NCBI GenBank assembly: GCA_016931955.1
Contig: JAFGDV010000022.1
Location: forward strand, 51,768 to 115,767
DNA length: 64,000 bases
Origin: Candidatus Altiarchaeota archaeon
Lineage (GTDB): Archaea > Altiarchaeota > Altiarchaeia > IMC4 > QMZM01
Direction: 5' to 3'
This document shows positions 38,452-47,967 of this stretch, piece by piece. The stretch's first letter is position 1. Every line of letters starts with the position of its first letter. Below the pieces are notes generated by a model. It was given only the letters and a program-made list of their open reading frames with translations, did not search any database and was not told the origin of the DNA. The position numbers were made by a program, and so were the translations under genes.

Positions 38452-39873
38452 ATGAAACACAGAGAAACTAAACAGAAAAAAGTGAGGAAAGAAAACCTCT
38501 CAGACTGGTATCATTGGATACTGGAGGAAGCGGATATCGTGGACTCCCGGTACTCCATAAAAGGTATGCTCGTCTACAAAAAGTGGGGTCTACTCATCAT
38601 AAGAGAGATGCAAAGATACCTTGAATCCCTGCTCGAAGAAAGCGGTCATGAGCCAACCCTTTTTCCAGTACTGATACCAGAGGACATTCTAGGGAAAGAA
38701 ACACAACACATAGCAGGCTTCGAGGAGCAGGTCTTCTGGGTGACGCACGCAGGAGAAAACAAACTGGAGAGGAAGCTCGCCCTCCGCCCAACCTCAGAGA
38801 CCTCAATATATGAGATGTTCCGGCTCTGGATAAGATCCCACACAGACCTACCGTTGAAGGTACACCAAAGCTGTGCAGTCTACCGATATGAGACAAAGCA
38901 TACTCGACCCCTGATCCGTGGCAGAGAGTTCCTCTGGAACGAAGGCCATGCAGCCCACGCAGACAAAGAAGACGCTAAAAAGAATATTTTAGAGATCCAG
39001 GACATATACGGAAAACTGATCAGAGAACTCCTGTGCATGCCATTCCTCATAGACAGAAGACCTGATTGGGATCGCTTCCCTGGGGCGGACGACACATACG
39101 CGTTCGACACCATAATGCCTGACGGAAAGACCCTGCAGATAGCCACCGTCCACGACCTCGGGCAGAACTTCTCCACGGTCTTCGACATCACATATGAGGA
39201 CTCTGAAGGCAAACACCAGCACATATACCAGACATCCTACGGCCCCAGCTTCGGCAGGCTCCTCGCCGCCTTAATATCAATACATGGAGACGACAGAGGA
39301 CTTGTTCTCCCCCCAAAGATAGCCCCCCTGCAGGTCATAATCATACCGATCATATTCAAGGAATCAGATACCGCCGAAATCATGGAATACGCGAAGAAGA
39401 TAAGAAAGAAACTGGATTCAATGGATGTGAGAACAGAGATAGATGCCGGCGAAGAGCGGCCTGGCGCAAAGTTTTACTACTGGGAGATGAAGGGCGTCCC
39501 GTTGAGGCTAGAGGTCGGCCCCAAGGACCTGAAGGAGAAAAAAATAACAGTAGTGAGACGGGATACAGGTGATAAGTCAACCATAGCCTTCGATGAAGTC
39601 GACGATGTATGTAAGATATTTGAGGATATGTCAAAGGATCTGGGGGAGAAGGCTGAAAAAGGATTCAATGGGAAAATGTTCGAGGCCCCTGCTCTGGAGG
39701 ATGTCGGCAAGTATGCGGGTAAAGGCGTGATAAAAATTGGCTGGTGCGGCAGGAAGGCTTGCGCAGAAGAAATCGGGGGATATGTGAGCATATTGAACGT
39801 CGACGGTGATCCGCTGGAGTGCGTAGTCTGCGGTGATAAAGGACAGGGGGTAAGGGCCGCCAAAACCTACTAA
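38452..39873 (+). CDS. proS: Prolyl-tRNA synthetase
   Basis: LRPTSE, YRYETK.TRPLIR.REF, GLVLPP.IAP; ends AKTY. Confidence 0.97.
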   Translation: MKHRETKQKKVRKENLSDWYHWILEEADIVDSRYSIKGMLVYKKWGLLIIREMQRYLESLLEESGHEPTLFPVLIPEDILGKETQHIAGFEEQVFWVTHAGENKLERKLALRPTSETSIYEMFRLWIRSHTDLPLKVHQSCAVYRYETKHTRPLIRGREFLWNEGHAAHADKEDAKKNILEIQDIYGKLIRELLCMPFLIDRRPDWDRFPGADDTYAFDTIMPDGKTLQIATVHDLGQNFSTVFDITYEDSEGKHQHIYQTSYGPSFGRLLAALISIHGDDRGLVLPPKIAPLQVIIIPIIFKESDTAEIMEYAKKIRKKLDSMDVRTEIDAGEERPGAKFYYWEMKGVPLRLEVGPKDLKEKKITVVRRDTGDKSTIAFDEVDDVCKIFEDMSKDLGEKAEKGFNGKMFEAPALEDVGKYAGKGVIKIGWCGRKACAEEIGGYVSILNVDGDPLECVVCGDKGQGVRAAKTY

Positions 39874-39875
39874 AG

Positions 39876-40166
39876 CTATGCTAGGGTAATCAACTGCATC
39901 ATGGTTGAACGACCCCTTTTCATCCTTCCTCGGCTTTCAAGCCTGCGTCTCTCCTTTAGTTCCTCAAGATCTGACCTTATTCTGCCCAGGGTCTTCTGGT
40001 CTCTTGTGCTCAGATACGTCATTAGGACGTCACCGATCTCCCTGAGTTCATGGTCGTTCTCGTATCTGCTAAGAAACTTCTCAAATGTCTTCTTGCTTTC
40101 TATCAGATCCTCCCTTCCAAGGACTAGAGACATGTTTCTTATTACGTGGGGGCTTGCGGATATCAT
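39876..40166 (-). CDS. Unknown small helical protein (paralog 1)
   Basis: Similar over its full length to 40173-40475 (ASP.VI.N.S.VL..D..E.K..EKF..RY..D). Confidence 0.8.
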   Translation of the reverse strand: MISASPHVIRNMSLVLGREDLIESKKTFEKFLSRYENDHELREIGDVLMTYLSTRDQKTLGRIRSDLEELKERRRLESRGRMKRGRSTMMQLITLA

Positions 40167-40172
40167 CTTGGA

Positions 40173-40475
40173 TCATGTGACTTGGATTACCTGCATAGTA
40201 TTGGGCCGCCTGTTGTTAAACCATAATCCGGTAGCCTCTAGTGTTCCTGATTTCCGGCTGTTCTTCAGCCTGTTCAGGCACCGCTTCACCTCCTCTATTT
40301 TACCGAGTTCTTGTGTTTCCAGGTATTCTGTATATTGTTTGCAGATCTTAAGTAGTTGTGTGTCTTCGGAATAACGCGCTGAGAATTTCTCAAGTAGCTG
40401 TTTTGCTTCAACAAAATCCCTCTTCTTGAGGACCATTGATATGTTCTTTATTACAAAGGGGCTGGCTTTGACCAT
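40173..40475 (-). CDS. Unknown small helical protein (paralog 2)
   Basis: See paralog 1; 6-bp gap suggests an operon. Confidence 0.8.
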   Translation of the reverse strand: MVKASPFVIKNISMVLKKRDFVEAKQLLEKFSARYSEDTQLLKICKQYTEYLETQELGKIEEVKRCLNRLKNSRKSGTLEATGLWFNNRRPNTMQVIQVT

Positions 40476-40501
40476 CTTTTATTCTTCTTTTTTGGTTTAT
40501 A

Positions 40502-40533
40502 GAGATTGATAAACAATATTGTTTAACAATCTC
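40502..40533. promoter_or_regulatory. 32-bp near-perfect palindrome; candidate operator
   Basis: GAGATTGATAAACAAT|ATTGTTTAACAATCTC with one mismatch, in a divergent promoter region. Confidence 0.7.
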
Positions 40534-40599
40534 ATTAATATATAAGGAAGAACTTATATATAAAGTAAAAAGATACTGATTAATCATGATAAATCCAAG

Positions 40600-42042
40600 A
40601 TGACCCTACAAGACCAGATAATGGAGTACCTAAGCTGCTTGGAATTCGGCGCATCCTGCACAGAGATAGCAAAACAACTCGGCAAGAGCAGGATAACAAC
40701 ATCCAAGAACCTCGAAGTCATGAAGGTCAAAGGGCTCATAGACTACAAGAGGATTGGGATGACCAAGCTCTGGTACACACCAAGCGGCCGCGCAAACATT
40801 CAGAGCATAACAGTGCACTCAGACCTAAAGGACGAGAAAGCACTTGCGGAGAAACTAAGCGACGACATAAAAAAGGAGGTTTCTAAACCCTCATTCATAC
40901 TCGTCTTCTCCTCGACCCACATAGACCTGGCGAAATTCGCCAGATACTTCAAGAAGAAGTTCCCAAACAATACAAAGATCATCGGCAGCTCAACCTGCGG
41001 CGAGATATCGAAGTTCGGCATCACAGAGAACTCTGTCGTAGCGATGGCTATAAGATCAGACCACATCAGCGTGGGAGTCGGTATAGGCAAGAACTTGAAG
41101 GAGGAGGGATTCAAGGCAGGTAAGACTGCGGCTGAGATGGCATTAAACAACCTCGAACATGATTTTTCAAGAACCATCTCATACGGAACGACAGTCGGCG
41201 ACATACTTCGCCTGAATCTTTTCTTTGCTTTCATGTTCCCAGACTTCATGAGCGAACAGGAGGAAAGCGCATTAGATGGCATCTTCAGTGTACTGGGTAC
41301 CAGATGCCCCATCCTCGGAGGGGGCAGCGGCGACAACCTCAAATACGAGAGGACATATCAGATCTATAACGGAGAGGTTTACACAAACAGCGTTCTAGTG
41401 GCATTATTTGCACTCGACTGTAAAACAGACTCTATCAGCGTTCACGGGTGGTACCCAACAGAAAAGAGCGCATTTGTAACAAAGGCTGATGGGAGAACGC
41501 TGTATGAACTGAATCATGAAAGGGCTTCAACAGTCTATTCTTCGATGATAGATCAAAACGAACAGGACTTGATAAAGAGAAGGAACATAGCCGTCTTAGA
41601 GAATGTTGGCTCAAAGTACGTTCTAAGCATCTCAGACATACATGGGAACACGTGGCTGAAACACCCGAACAGGGTATACGGCGATGGAAGGATGACCTTC
41701 TTCGCAAACGTCCCAGAAAACATTGTGGTTTCATTGAATGAAGCTACCAAGGAGTCCGTCATAGGAGCGACGGAAGCAGCACTGAAGGAGATAAAAAAGA
41801 GGTTTAAACCGAGGATATGCATCATCTTCTATGCTATAGGTAGGAAAAAGTTTCTTGAGGGGTATGATGCATGCGAGGAAGAATTCAACTTAATCAAGAG
41901 GCAACTGAAGGGCGTGGACTTCATAGGCTTTTACGCCTTCGGTCAGCAGGGATTCACGAACTCTGGAGTTACAGGGCACAGGAATCAGACAGTGAATTTT
42001 TTCTTCATCTCGGATGAACTACTCGCTAAGAGGCTTAAATAG
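40600..42042 (+). CDS. wHTH-FIST one-component regulator
   Basis: TEIAKQLGKSRITTSKNL HTH; IIGSSTCGEI, GGGSGD, HGW.P, GFYAFG, HRNQT FIST motifs. Confidence 0.88.
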   Translation: MTLQDQIMEYLSCLEFGASCTEIAKQLGKSRITTSKNLEVMKVKGLIDYKRIGMTKLWYTPSGRANIQSITVHSDLKDEKALAEKLSDDIKKEVSKPSFILVFSSTHIDLAKFARYFKKKFPNNTKIIGSSTCGEISKFGITENSVVAMAIRSDHISVGVGIGKNLKEEGFKAGKTAAEMALNNLEHDFSRTISYGTTVGDILRLNLFFAFMFPDFMSEQEESALDGIFSVLGTRCPILGGGSGDNLKYERTYQIYNGEVYTNSVLVALFALDCKTDSISVHGWYPTEKSAFVTKADGRTLYELNHERASTVYSSMIDQNEQDLIKRRNIAVLENVGSKYVLSISDIHGNTWLKHPNRVYGDGRMTFFANVPENIVVSLNEATKESVIGATEAALKEIKKRFKPRICIIFYAIGRKKFLEGYDACEEEFNLIKRQLKGVDFIGFYAFGQQGFTNSGVTGHRNQTVNFFFISDELLAKRLK

Positions 42043-42085
42043 TGTAGTATTTAAGTACTCAATCAGAATTATTTGATTGAAAAAA

Positions 42086-42253
42086 ATGCCGACCATGAGA
42101 AAACGGGATGTATCAGGTCCCGCGGGTGGTGCTGGATTGATCCGCTACTTTGACGTTGACGAGGGCGGCCCGAAGCTGGATCCGAAGCTTGTTATAAGCA
42201 TTGTCGTTGCCATAATAATCCTGGAGCTTATGTCCTCTTTTCTGCTTGGCTGA
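42086..42253 (+). CDS. secG: Preprotein translocase Sec61beta/SecG (55 aa; not in ORF track)
   Basis: GAGLIRYFD...PKLDP followed by a TM helix. Confidence 0.92.
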   Translation: MPTMRKRDVSGPAGGAGLIRYFDVDEGGPKLDPKLVISIVVAIIILELMSSFLLG

Positions 42254-42267
42254 TAGAAATAGTGTAT

Positions 42268-42541
42268 GGTGAACACACCCTGGAGTGGGAGCATCTCCTA
42301 GCCACTGGTTGCCTGAATCCTCTTCTCATCTCCGCTCCCTCACCAGCACCGTCTGCCATAGTTAGGGCTGCTCCCGCCAAGGCCTGACCCGGTTCCCATG
42401 GAAGGCGATCCAGTAAGACGCAGACTCATGGTTGAGAATCCAGACCAGTAACTAGTTGATACACCGCCTCCAAGGCTTCAGCCTTTCCGTGAGGGCGATT
42501 GGAAATGACAGGGGACGCCCAACCCCCCGGCCTAGTCCACC
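42268..42541 (-). ncRNA. ffs: Archaeal SRP (7S) RNA
   Basis: Minus strand: 5' GGUGGACUAGGCCGGGGGGUUGGGCGUCCCCUGU Alu domain; helix 8 GGGUCAGGCCU-UGGC-GGGAGCAGCCC; complementary ends. Confidence 0.92.
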
Positions 42542-42783
42542 GTTATAATATAGGCATTTCATGGCTAAAAGCAGGAAATCCACTATTGGAGGGATTATAT
42601 TGAAAAGATTTCGAAAATCTTGGCTAAAAAAAAACTAAGATTCAACTCAGAGAACAAAAAACCTAAGAGTGTATGAGAAAAACCTGTCTTAATCCACGTA
42701 TATTCATGACTTGCCCGAAACCTACCATGTATTTATATACGAACTGGCTAAATTGTTTATCTATAAATTGATTACGTGAAAGG

Positions 42784-43872
42784 ATGGATTCCATTGTCAA
42801 TGCTGCAATACAGCACGGACGGTTGGAGAGGCGCATTGTTGACGAATTTGAAGGGGTTGATCATCTGAAGATTGTTGTCCTCGGCTCAGGGGGAGCTGGA
42901 AACAACACAGTAAACCGTCTAAGCCACATTGGTTTGGAAGAGGCAGAGTTGGTTGCGGTAAACACCGACAAACAGGACCTTAAGAAATTAAATGGCAACA
43001 TAACCAAGGTTATGATAGGTGCGAAACTGATGCGTGGACTCGGCGCAGGAGGCTTCCCAGAGTTGGGGGAGAAAGCAGCCGAATCAAGCCGTCACGAGCT
43101 TTCTGAACTGCTGGCAAACACTAACCTGCTGTTTCTGACAGCTGGAATGGGTGGAGGCACAGGAACCGGTTCAGCGCCAATAATCGCAGAGATCGCGAAA
43201 GAGGAAGGGGCGATTGTCGTATCCATTGTTACCTTTCCGTTCGATCTTGAGAGGGCTAGACTGGACAAAGCAAGGAAGGGAATAGAGAAGCTTAGAAAGG
43301 TCTCGGACACCGTCATCGTAATAGACAACAATAAACTGGTGGAGTATGTCCCGAACCTGCCCCTAGACAAGGCCTTTTTGGTAGCAGATGAGGTAGTCTC
43401 AAGAGCAGTTAAAGGCATAACTGAAACAATAATGGAGCCAAGCTTGATTAACATAGACTTTGCAGACATAAAGGCCGTCATGGATAAAGGAGACGTTGCC
43501 GTGATATCCGTGGGCGATGGGGAAGGTCCGAACAGGGTAGACCAAGCAGTAGAGAACACACTAAAGCAACCACTACTAGAGGTCGACTACAAGGATGCAA
43601 GTGGTGCGCTCATCCACATCACCGGCGGGGAAGACATGACCCTTGGTGAAGCAAACCGTATAGGCGAACGGATAACAAGCCAGATCAGGGACGACGCTAC
43701 AATAAAATGGGGTTCCAGGATAGACCCCTCACTGCATGACAAGATAGAGATAATAGCGATAATAACGGGCGTTAAATCCCCTAACATCCTCGGCCACAGT
43801 AAGGTATCCAATGCTGCGAGTATCTACACTGAGGAATTCAACAACTGGAGCGGAGACATCGTTGAAGTCTAA
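42784..43872 (+). CDS. ftsZ: Cell division protein FtsZ
   Basis: GGAGNN, NTD, GAGG.PE.G, GMGGGTGTG, NIDFAD. Confidence 0.97.
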   Translation: MDSIVNAAIQHGRLERRIVDEFEGVDHLKIVVLGSGGAGNNTVNRLSHIGLEEAELVAVNTDKQDLKKLNGNITKVMIGAKLMRGLGAGGFPELGEKAAESSRHELSELLANTNLLFLTAGMGGGTGTGSAPIIAEIAKEEGAIVVSIVTFPFDLERARLDKARKGIEKLRKVSDTVIVIDNNKLVEYVPNLPLDKAFLVADEVVSRAVKGITETIMEPSLINIDFADIKAVMDKGDVAVISVGDGEGPNRVDQAVENTLKQPLLEVDYKDASGALIHITGGEDMTLGEANRIGERITSQIRDDATIKWGSRIDPSLHDKIEIIAIITGVKSPNILGHSKVSNAASIYTEEFNNWSGDIVEV

Positions 43873-43874
43873 AA

Positions 43875-43913
43875 AAGTGCGCCCTTTGGGGTGCACTTGA
43901 TCCTTTTTTTTTT
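43875..43913. terminator. Hairpin plus T-tract after ftsZ
   Basis: AAGTGCGCCC-ttt-GGGGTGCACTT then a T run. Confidence 0.6.
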
Positions 43914-44487
43914 ATTTTATTATGAAGTCCAACAGACTCCTTGCTAGATTCTCTGTTGTCTTAATGCCGACATCGTCCTTCAGAACATCGCCGGGGTTCC
44001 TGCCAACCCCAATGCCACCAAAGTGGGCTGTTTCCTTGTCCGACACGACCACCATCTCATGGAGCAGCATCCAGTTGTGGATGTTCATGCAAACTAACTC
44101 TTGGCCACCGTTCCTGCTCCCACCTACCGCTATCGCTCCCCCTACCTTGCCAGACAGCCTGTAGTTGTCTGCCCTCAGAGGCAGCGTTCTATCGAATAAT
44201 GACTTCAGCTTCCCTGAAACAGATGAGAAATATGTTGGAGAGCCGACTAGTATTGCGTCGGCGGATTTCATCTCTTCGAGGATTTCTGAGACATCATCCT
44301 CCTGCGCGCACTTATAGGGTGGTTTTATACAGGCACGGCAACCCCTGCAATGCTCTATCCTCTTTTCTGACAGGGAGATGAAGCTAACACTAACACCTTC
44401 TCGCTCGCAGAATTCAATGGCCTTTTTAACAAGCAATGCTGTATTCCCATCCTTCCTCGGTGACCCGCTGATCCCAAGAACCTTCAT
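43912..44487 (-). CDS. Iron-sulfur flavoprotein (Isf/flavodoxin family)
   Basis: GSPRKDGNT; C..C..C.....C; GSPTYF; GGSRNGGQE. Confidence 0.9.
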   Translation of the reverse strand: MKVLGISGSPRKDGNTALLVKKAIEFCEREGVSVSFISLSEKRIEHCRGCRACIKPPYKCAQEDDVSEILEEMKSADAILVGSPTYFSSVSGKLKSLFDRTLPLRADNYRLSGKVGGAIAVGGSRNGGQELVCMNIHNWMLLHEMVVVSDKETAHFGGIGVGRNPGDVLKDDVGIKTTENLARSLLDFIIK

Positions 44488-44496
44488 ATGTAGGAT

Positions 44497-45024
44497 TTAA
44501 GAGAGAGAGACTATAAAATCATTCAACGCCTTCACCCTCTCGACTGCTGGATGGCCTTCTCCCAGCCTTTCCTTAAGTCTCTTGATGGTCTTGTCTATTG
44601 GAACCCTCCTCGACTCTTCTATCAGGTTGTCTGCGTGAGCGATAACCTTTTCTTCAAGCGTCTCCGGCAGGTAGTCCCTCTCAGGTAGCCCAAGTGATTT
44701 TGCCTCCTCCTTGGTAAGACCAGCCCCTATGTGGGTTTCACAGACCCGCGCATATCTCTCCAAGCCCATATTTCTTAGGATGGCTGCACCCTCTATTCCG
44801 TGTCGGATTCCATGAGTTCTGGTTCTCCCGATATCGTGGAGCAGCGCAGCAACCTCTACAAAATCCACGTCGATCTCGTGGCCTTTATCAAGTATCCTCT
44901 CAGCGATTTCCCTAGCAAGCCTAGAAACAGCGTTCAAGTGCGAGAAAAGCCTCTCATCGCATCCCATCCTCCTTAGGAGAGCTACAGCATTAGAGGTTTC
45001 TAAGGAGGTTACTAAGTCGGACAA
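44497..45024 (-). CDS. HD-domain (HDIG) protein
   Basis: LLHDIGR..HG..G; HIGAG; EEKVIAHADN. Confidence 0.9.
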   Translation of the reverse strand: MSDLVTSLETSNAVALLRRMGCDERLFSHLNAVSRLAREIAERILDKGHEIDVDFVEVAALLHDIGRTRTHGIRHGIEGAAILRNMGLERYARVCETHIGAGLTKEEAKSLGLPERDYLPETLEEKVIAHADNLIEESRRVPIDKTIKRLKERLGEGHPAVERVKALNDFIVSLS

Positions 45025-45487
45025 TCTCAGCCTCTATCTTATAGACATTCGTGGAATTATCGAATTCCATGTAGGGTTCGTTGCATTCGGGGCATACGAA
45101 ATTGGTCTCTGTGGCTTCTTCAAGGGAAACCCTCGAACAACCGCACCTGAACGCTGAACCGTTTTTCTCCACGTCAAGGTCAGCTTGTAGGATGTCCAGC
45201 CTATTCTGGAGATAGTTCTGAATGTATTCTGTGATCTTTTCTTCCCTCTTCTTCCATAGGTAAGTATACCAGCCAGTCTTCTTGTTCTTAGTGCGTTCAT
45301 ATTCTACCAGACTCTTCAGATGGAGGTCGTTGAGGAGGGTTCTGATAACGGTCTCCTTAACATTCAATTCAGCGGCAATCTCTTCGTCGCGTTTTGGTTC
45401 AGAAAGCTTTTTTATGATGGTAACATGGTCTGGGCTCATAGACTCAGACAGAATAGCAATTGCCAGATTATAGTTAATAGTAGTCAC
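44990..45487 (-). CDS. tfe: Transcription factor E (TFE-alpha)
   Basis: DEEIA..L...IR.LL..L; TGWYTYLW; F.CPEC; DN; probable GTG start at 45487. Confidence 0.9.
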   Translation of the reverse strand: MTTINYNLAIAILSESMSPDHVTIIKKLSEPKRDEEIAAELNVKETVIRTLLNDLHLKSLVEYERTKNKKTGWYTYLWKKREEKITEYIQNYLQNRLDILQADLDVEKNGSAFRCGCSRVSLEEATETNFVCPECNEPYMEFDNSTNVYKIEAEIVRLSNLLRNL

Positions 45488-45572
45488 TTCTTCCTCACAG
45501 AATCCCACGTAATATATATAGATTTGAGGAATAAATATGCATATGTTTGGACAATCCACTGAGTTCTTGATA

Positions 45573-45816
45573 GGGATTCTTCGCAACCGTTGGCTCAATC
45601 CTGGGTGAGGGAATAGGCTACTTCCTTGGGATGCATTGCAACAGACCCATCCTTACATGGCTGTTCAACGAAAAAAAGATTGGAAAAGTCGACGCATTAT
45701 TTGAGAAATACGGGGTCTATGCGGTAGGTTTAGCCGCCTTCAGCCCCCTTCCATTCAAGTTGTTCACGATATCAGCGAGTGTGGCTCGGATGAACATCTT
45801 ATCATCCATCTTCTGA
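45573..45816 (+). pseudogene. Truncated DedA/YqaA (VTT) fragment
   Basis: GSILGEGIGYFLG...FEKYG..AAFSPLPFK; lacks N-terminus and ends early. Confidence 0.65.
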
Positions 45817-45818
45817 GG

Positions 45819-47873
45819 TCATATCTCCTCCAGTTTCTTCCAGTGCTCTTCAAGGCTTTCCCATTCCTTCATCAACCCGCTCTTCGGTTCCTCCTTTTTT
45901 TCTTCGTGCTCATCTACAAGTTTAATCTCCAAGGTCTTCTTGGGCTTTTCTCCGAATTCCAGCTTCTCGGATCTACGCCCCCTCTTCACAACAAGTATGC
46001 CAACTATCAGTAGCAAAGCCAGGAGGATTATCGGCATGTTTTCATTCGGTATTATAGGATTACTATCTGCCCCTTGGGTTAGCGTGGTTGAGGTGACAAC
46101 AACTGTTGTTGTGGTGTCTTTTTTTGCCATAACCTCGTTTATTGTTTCCACCAGAGTATCACATCTGGACATGCCTTCTAAGTCGTTTATTTCTTTGTAT
46201 ATGTCCCTTGCCAGATTGATATGCCTTTTAGCTGCTTCATAGTCCCTTGTACTATAATAGGTCAGAGCGTTAGCATAATGTGAATCCGCCTCAAGCCCGC
46301 GGTCGCCTGCTAATTTCTCAGAGATTTCGCTCAGGATTGAGTCACACTCCAAAACGTCTTGTAGATAATTGGCTTCCGCATATAGTGTCCTCGCATTTTC
46401 GATGTTTGTTCTCGCTTCCTGGTATCTGTTCGCTTCATATGCCTCCTTCCCGAGTTCAAAGTAGGTGTCGGCTGTTTGCTTTTTGATGAAAGTCCCGAAG
46501 ATTTCATAGTCGTAGACATATTTATCAGATGTAAATAGTATGTCATCTAAGCCGTCTCCGTCTAAATCCGTGGAAAACAGCTTCTGTATCTTTTTGATGA
46601 GCATTTTATTGTATTTGAATTGGTAGCTCCAAGCAAGTCGGCCTCTGCCGTTGACAACATGGAGCACTCCATCTAAAACAAAAAGCACCTCATTGCTCCC
46701 ATGTGTGTCTACCTTCTTCATGTACATCGCGGTTATAGCAGAGCTTGAATTCGGATAGTAGGTCCATAACTCACTGCCTTCTCTACTGATCGCTCCGACA
46801 CCGTAGACTCCCATAGAGGAATTCACGAAGCTGAATACTATATCAACATTTTCGTCGCCGTTCACATCTGATGTGTAAACATATTCAACGCCTCCCAGGG
46901 TTGAGTGCTCAGCTATCACATTGCCGTCGTATCTGATTAAGTATACCTTGTCGCCTGAACCGAACACGACCTCCTCATCATTGTCGTGGTATATGTTTGA
47001 TACTTCCGCGTTAAGGAATTTCTCTTCGATTCCCTTTATATCTGATTTAGACAACCGGCTTCCGTGTCTGTCGTAGATTAAAATGCTTCCGTTGGCTGAT
47101 GACCTCTCTGAGAGATTCCAGCCCTTGTCTATTGTCTCATTCCAGTCGCATTCCTCCCATGTCTCGTTCTCATAGCACTTGTCTGTCTCATTGTCCCAGA
47201 AGCAGCCTGAACAAGTGCACTCATCCTTGGAGTAGGGCTCGAAGTCGACGTCCCACGCTATCCAGCAGTATTTGTGCTTGTAGACGATATCCGTGTACTT
47301 CTTGTAGTAGTTGTTCGTGTAACCCCCAGAGACGATTACTGTCTCATTCTCATTATCGCCGTTTATATCCGTGATATGTATCGACCTGACCCATTGGTCG
47401 ACGTCGCTCCATTGGGTGAGTTTTCCGTCATCCAATACATAGAGGCTGCCCCTGCTTTTAAGTATCTTGTATAGGAGGTCCTCCTCCTCAGGTATACCAT
47501 CCGGTGGGGGATACATTTTGTTGAGGTTTATCTCCTCAGTCTCAAGCCAGCCCACACCGAGTAGGATCTCATCCATACCATCAGCGTCTACGTCGCCTAA
47601 GAAAAGGACATAGATGTTGCCCTTGGTCTGTATCGTATAATTTTGCACGGGGTTTCCGTCCTTATCAAGGACATAGACCCCATTCTTGACAGAGAAGACT
47701 ACAACAGGCTCATCGTTCATCATCCCTGCGGTGAAGGCTGTTATTTCGTCGACTGCTGTATATCTCCACCTGAATTGGATGTCCTCGTCTCTCGGCGTTG
47801 CCTGCGCTGCTGCATGATTGAGCAATAACAGCATCGCCAGTAAGGCAGCTAAAACGACGTTGTTTCTGGGCAT
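45819..47873 (-). CDS. Secreted FG-GAP/beta-propeller + TPR-like protein with Thr linker and TM anchor
   Basis: D.D.DG..E repeats; A..YF..G...Y helical repeats; C-terminal TM. Confidence 0.8.
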   Translation of the reverse strand: MPRNNVVLAALLAMLLLLNHAAAQATPRDEDIQFRWRYTAVDEITAFTAGMMNDEPVVVFSVKNGVYVLDKDGNPVQNYTIQTKGNIYVLFLGDVDADGMDEILLGVGWLETEEINLNKMYPPPDGIPEEEDLLYKILKSRGSLYVLDDGKLTQWSDVDQWVRSIHITDINGDNENETVIVSGGYTNNYYKKYTDIVYKHKYCWIAWDVDFEPYSKDECTCSGCFWDNETDKCYENETWEECDWNETIDKGWNLSERSSANGSILIYDRHGSRLSKSDIKGIEEKFLNAEVSNIYHDNDEEVVFGSGDKVYLIRYDGNVIAEHSTLGGVEYVYTSDVNGDENVDIVFSFVNSSMGVYGVGAISREGSELWTYYPNSSSAITAMYMKKVDTHGSNEVLFVLDGVLHVVNGRGRLAWSYQFKYNKMLIKKIQKLFSTDLDGDGLDDILFTSDKYVYDYEIFGTFIKKQTADTYFELGKEAYEANRYQEARTNIENARTLYAEANYLQDVLECDSILSEISEKLAGDRGLEADSHYANALTYYSTRDYEAAKRHINLARDIYKEINDLEGMSRCDTLVETINEVMAKKDTTTTVVVTSTTLTQGADSNPIIPNENMPIILLALLLIVGILVVKRGRRSEKLEFGEKPKKTLEIKLVDEHEEKKEEPKSGLMKEWESLEEHWKKLEEI

Positions 47874-47967
47874 TTTCTCAATAATAAGATATTTACATTC
47901 CCATATTTAATCTATAACATAGATGCAGTCTTATTAAGACCGCAGCACATAATTAATGTAAGATAAA

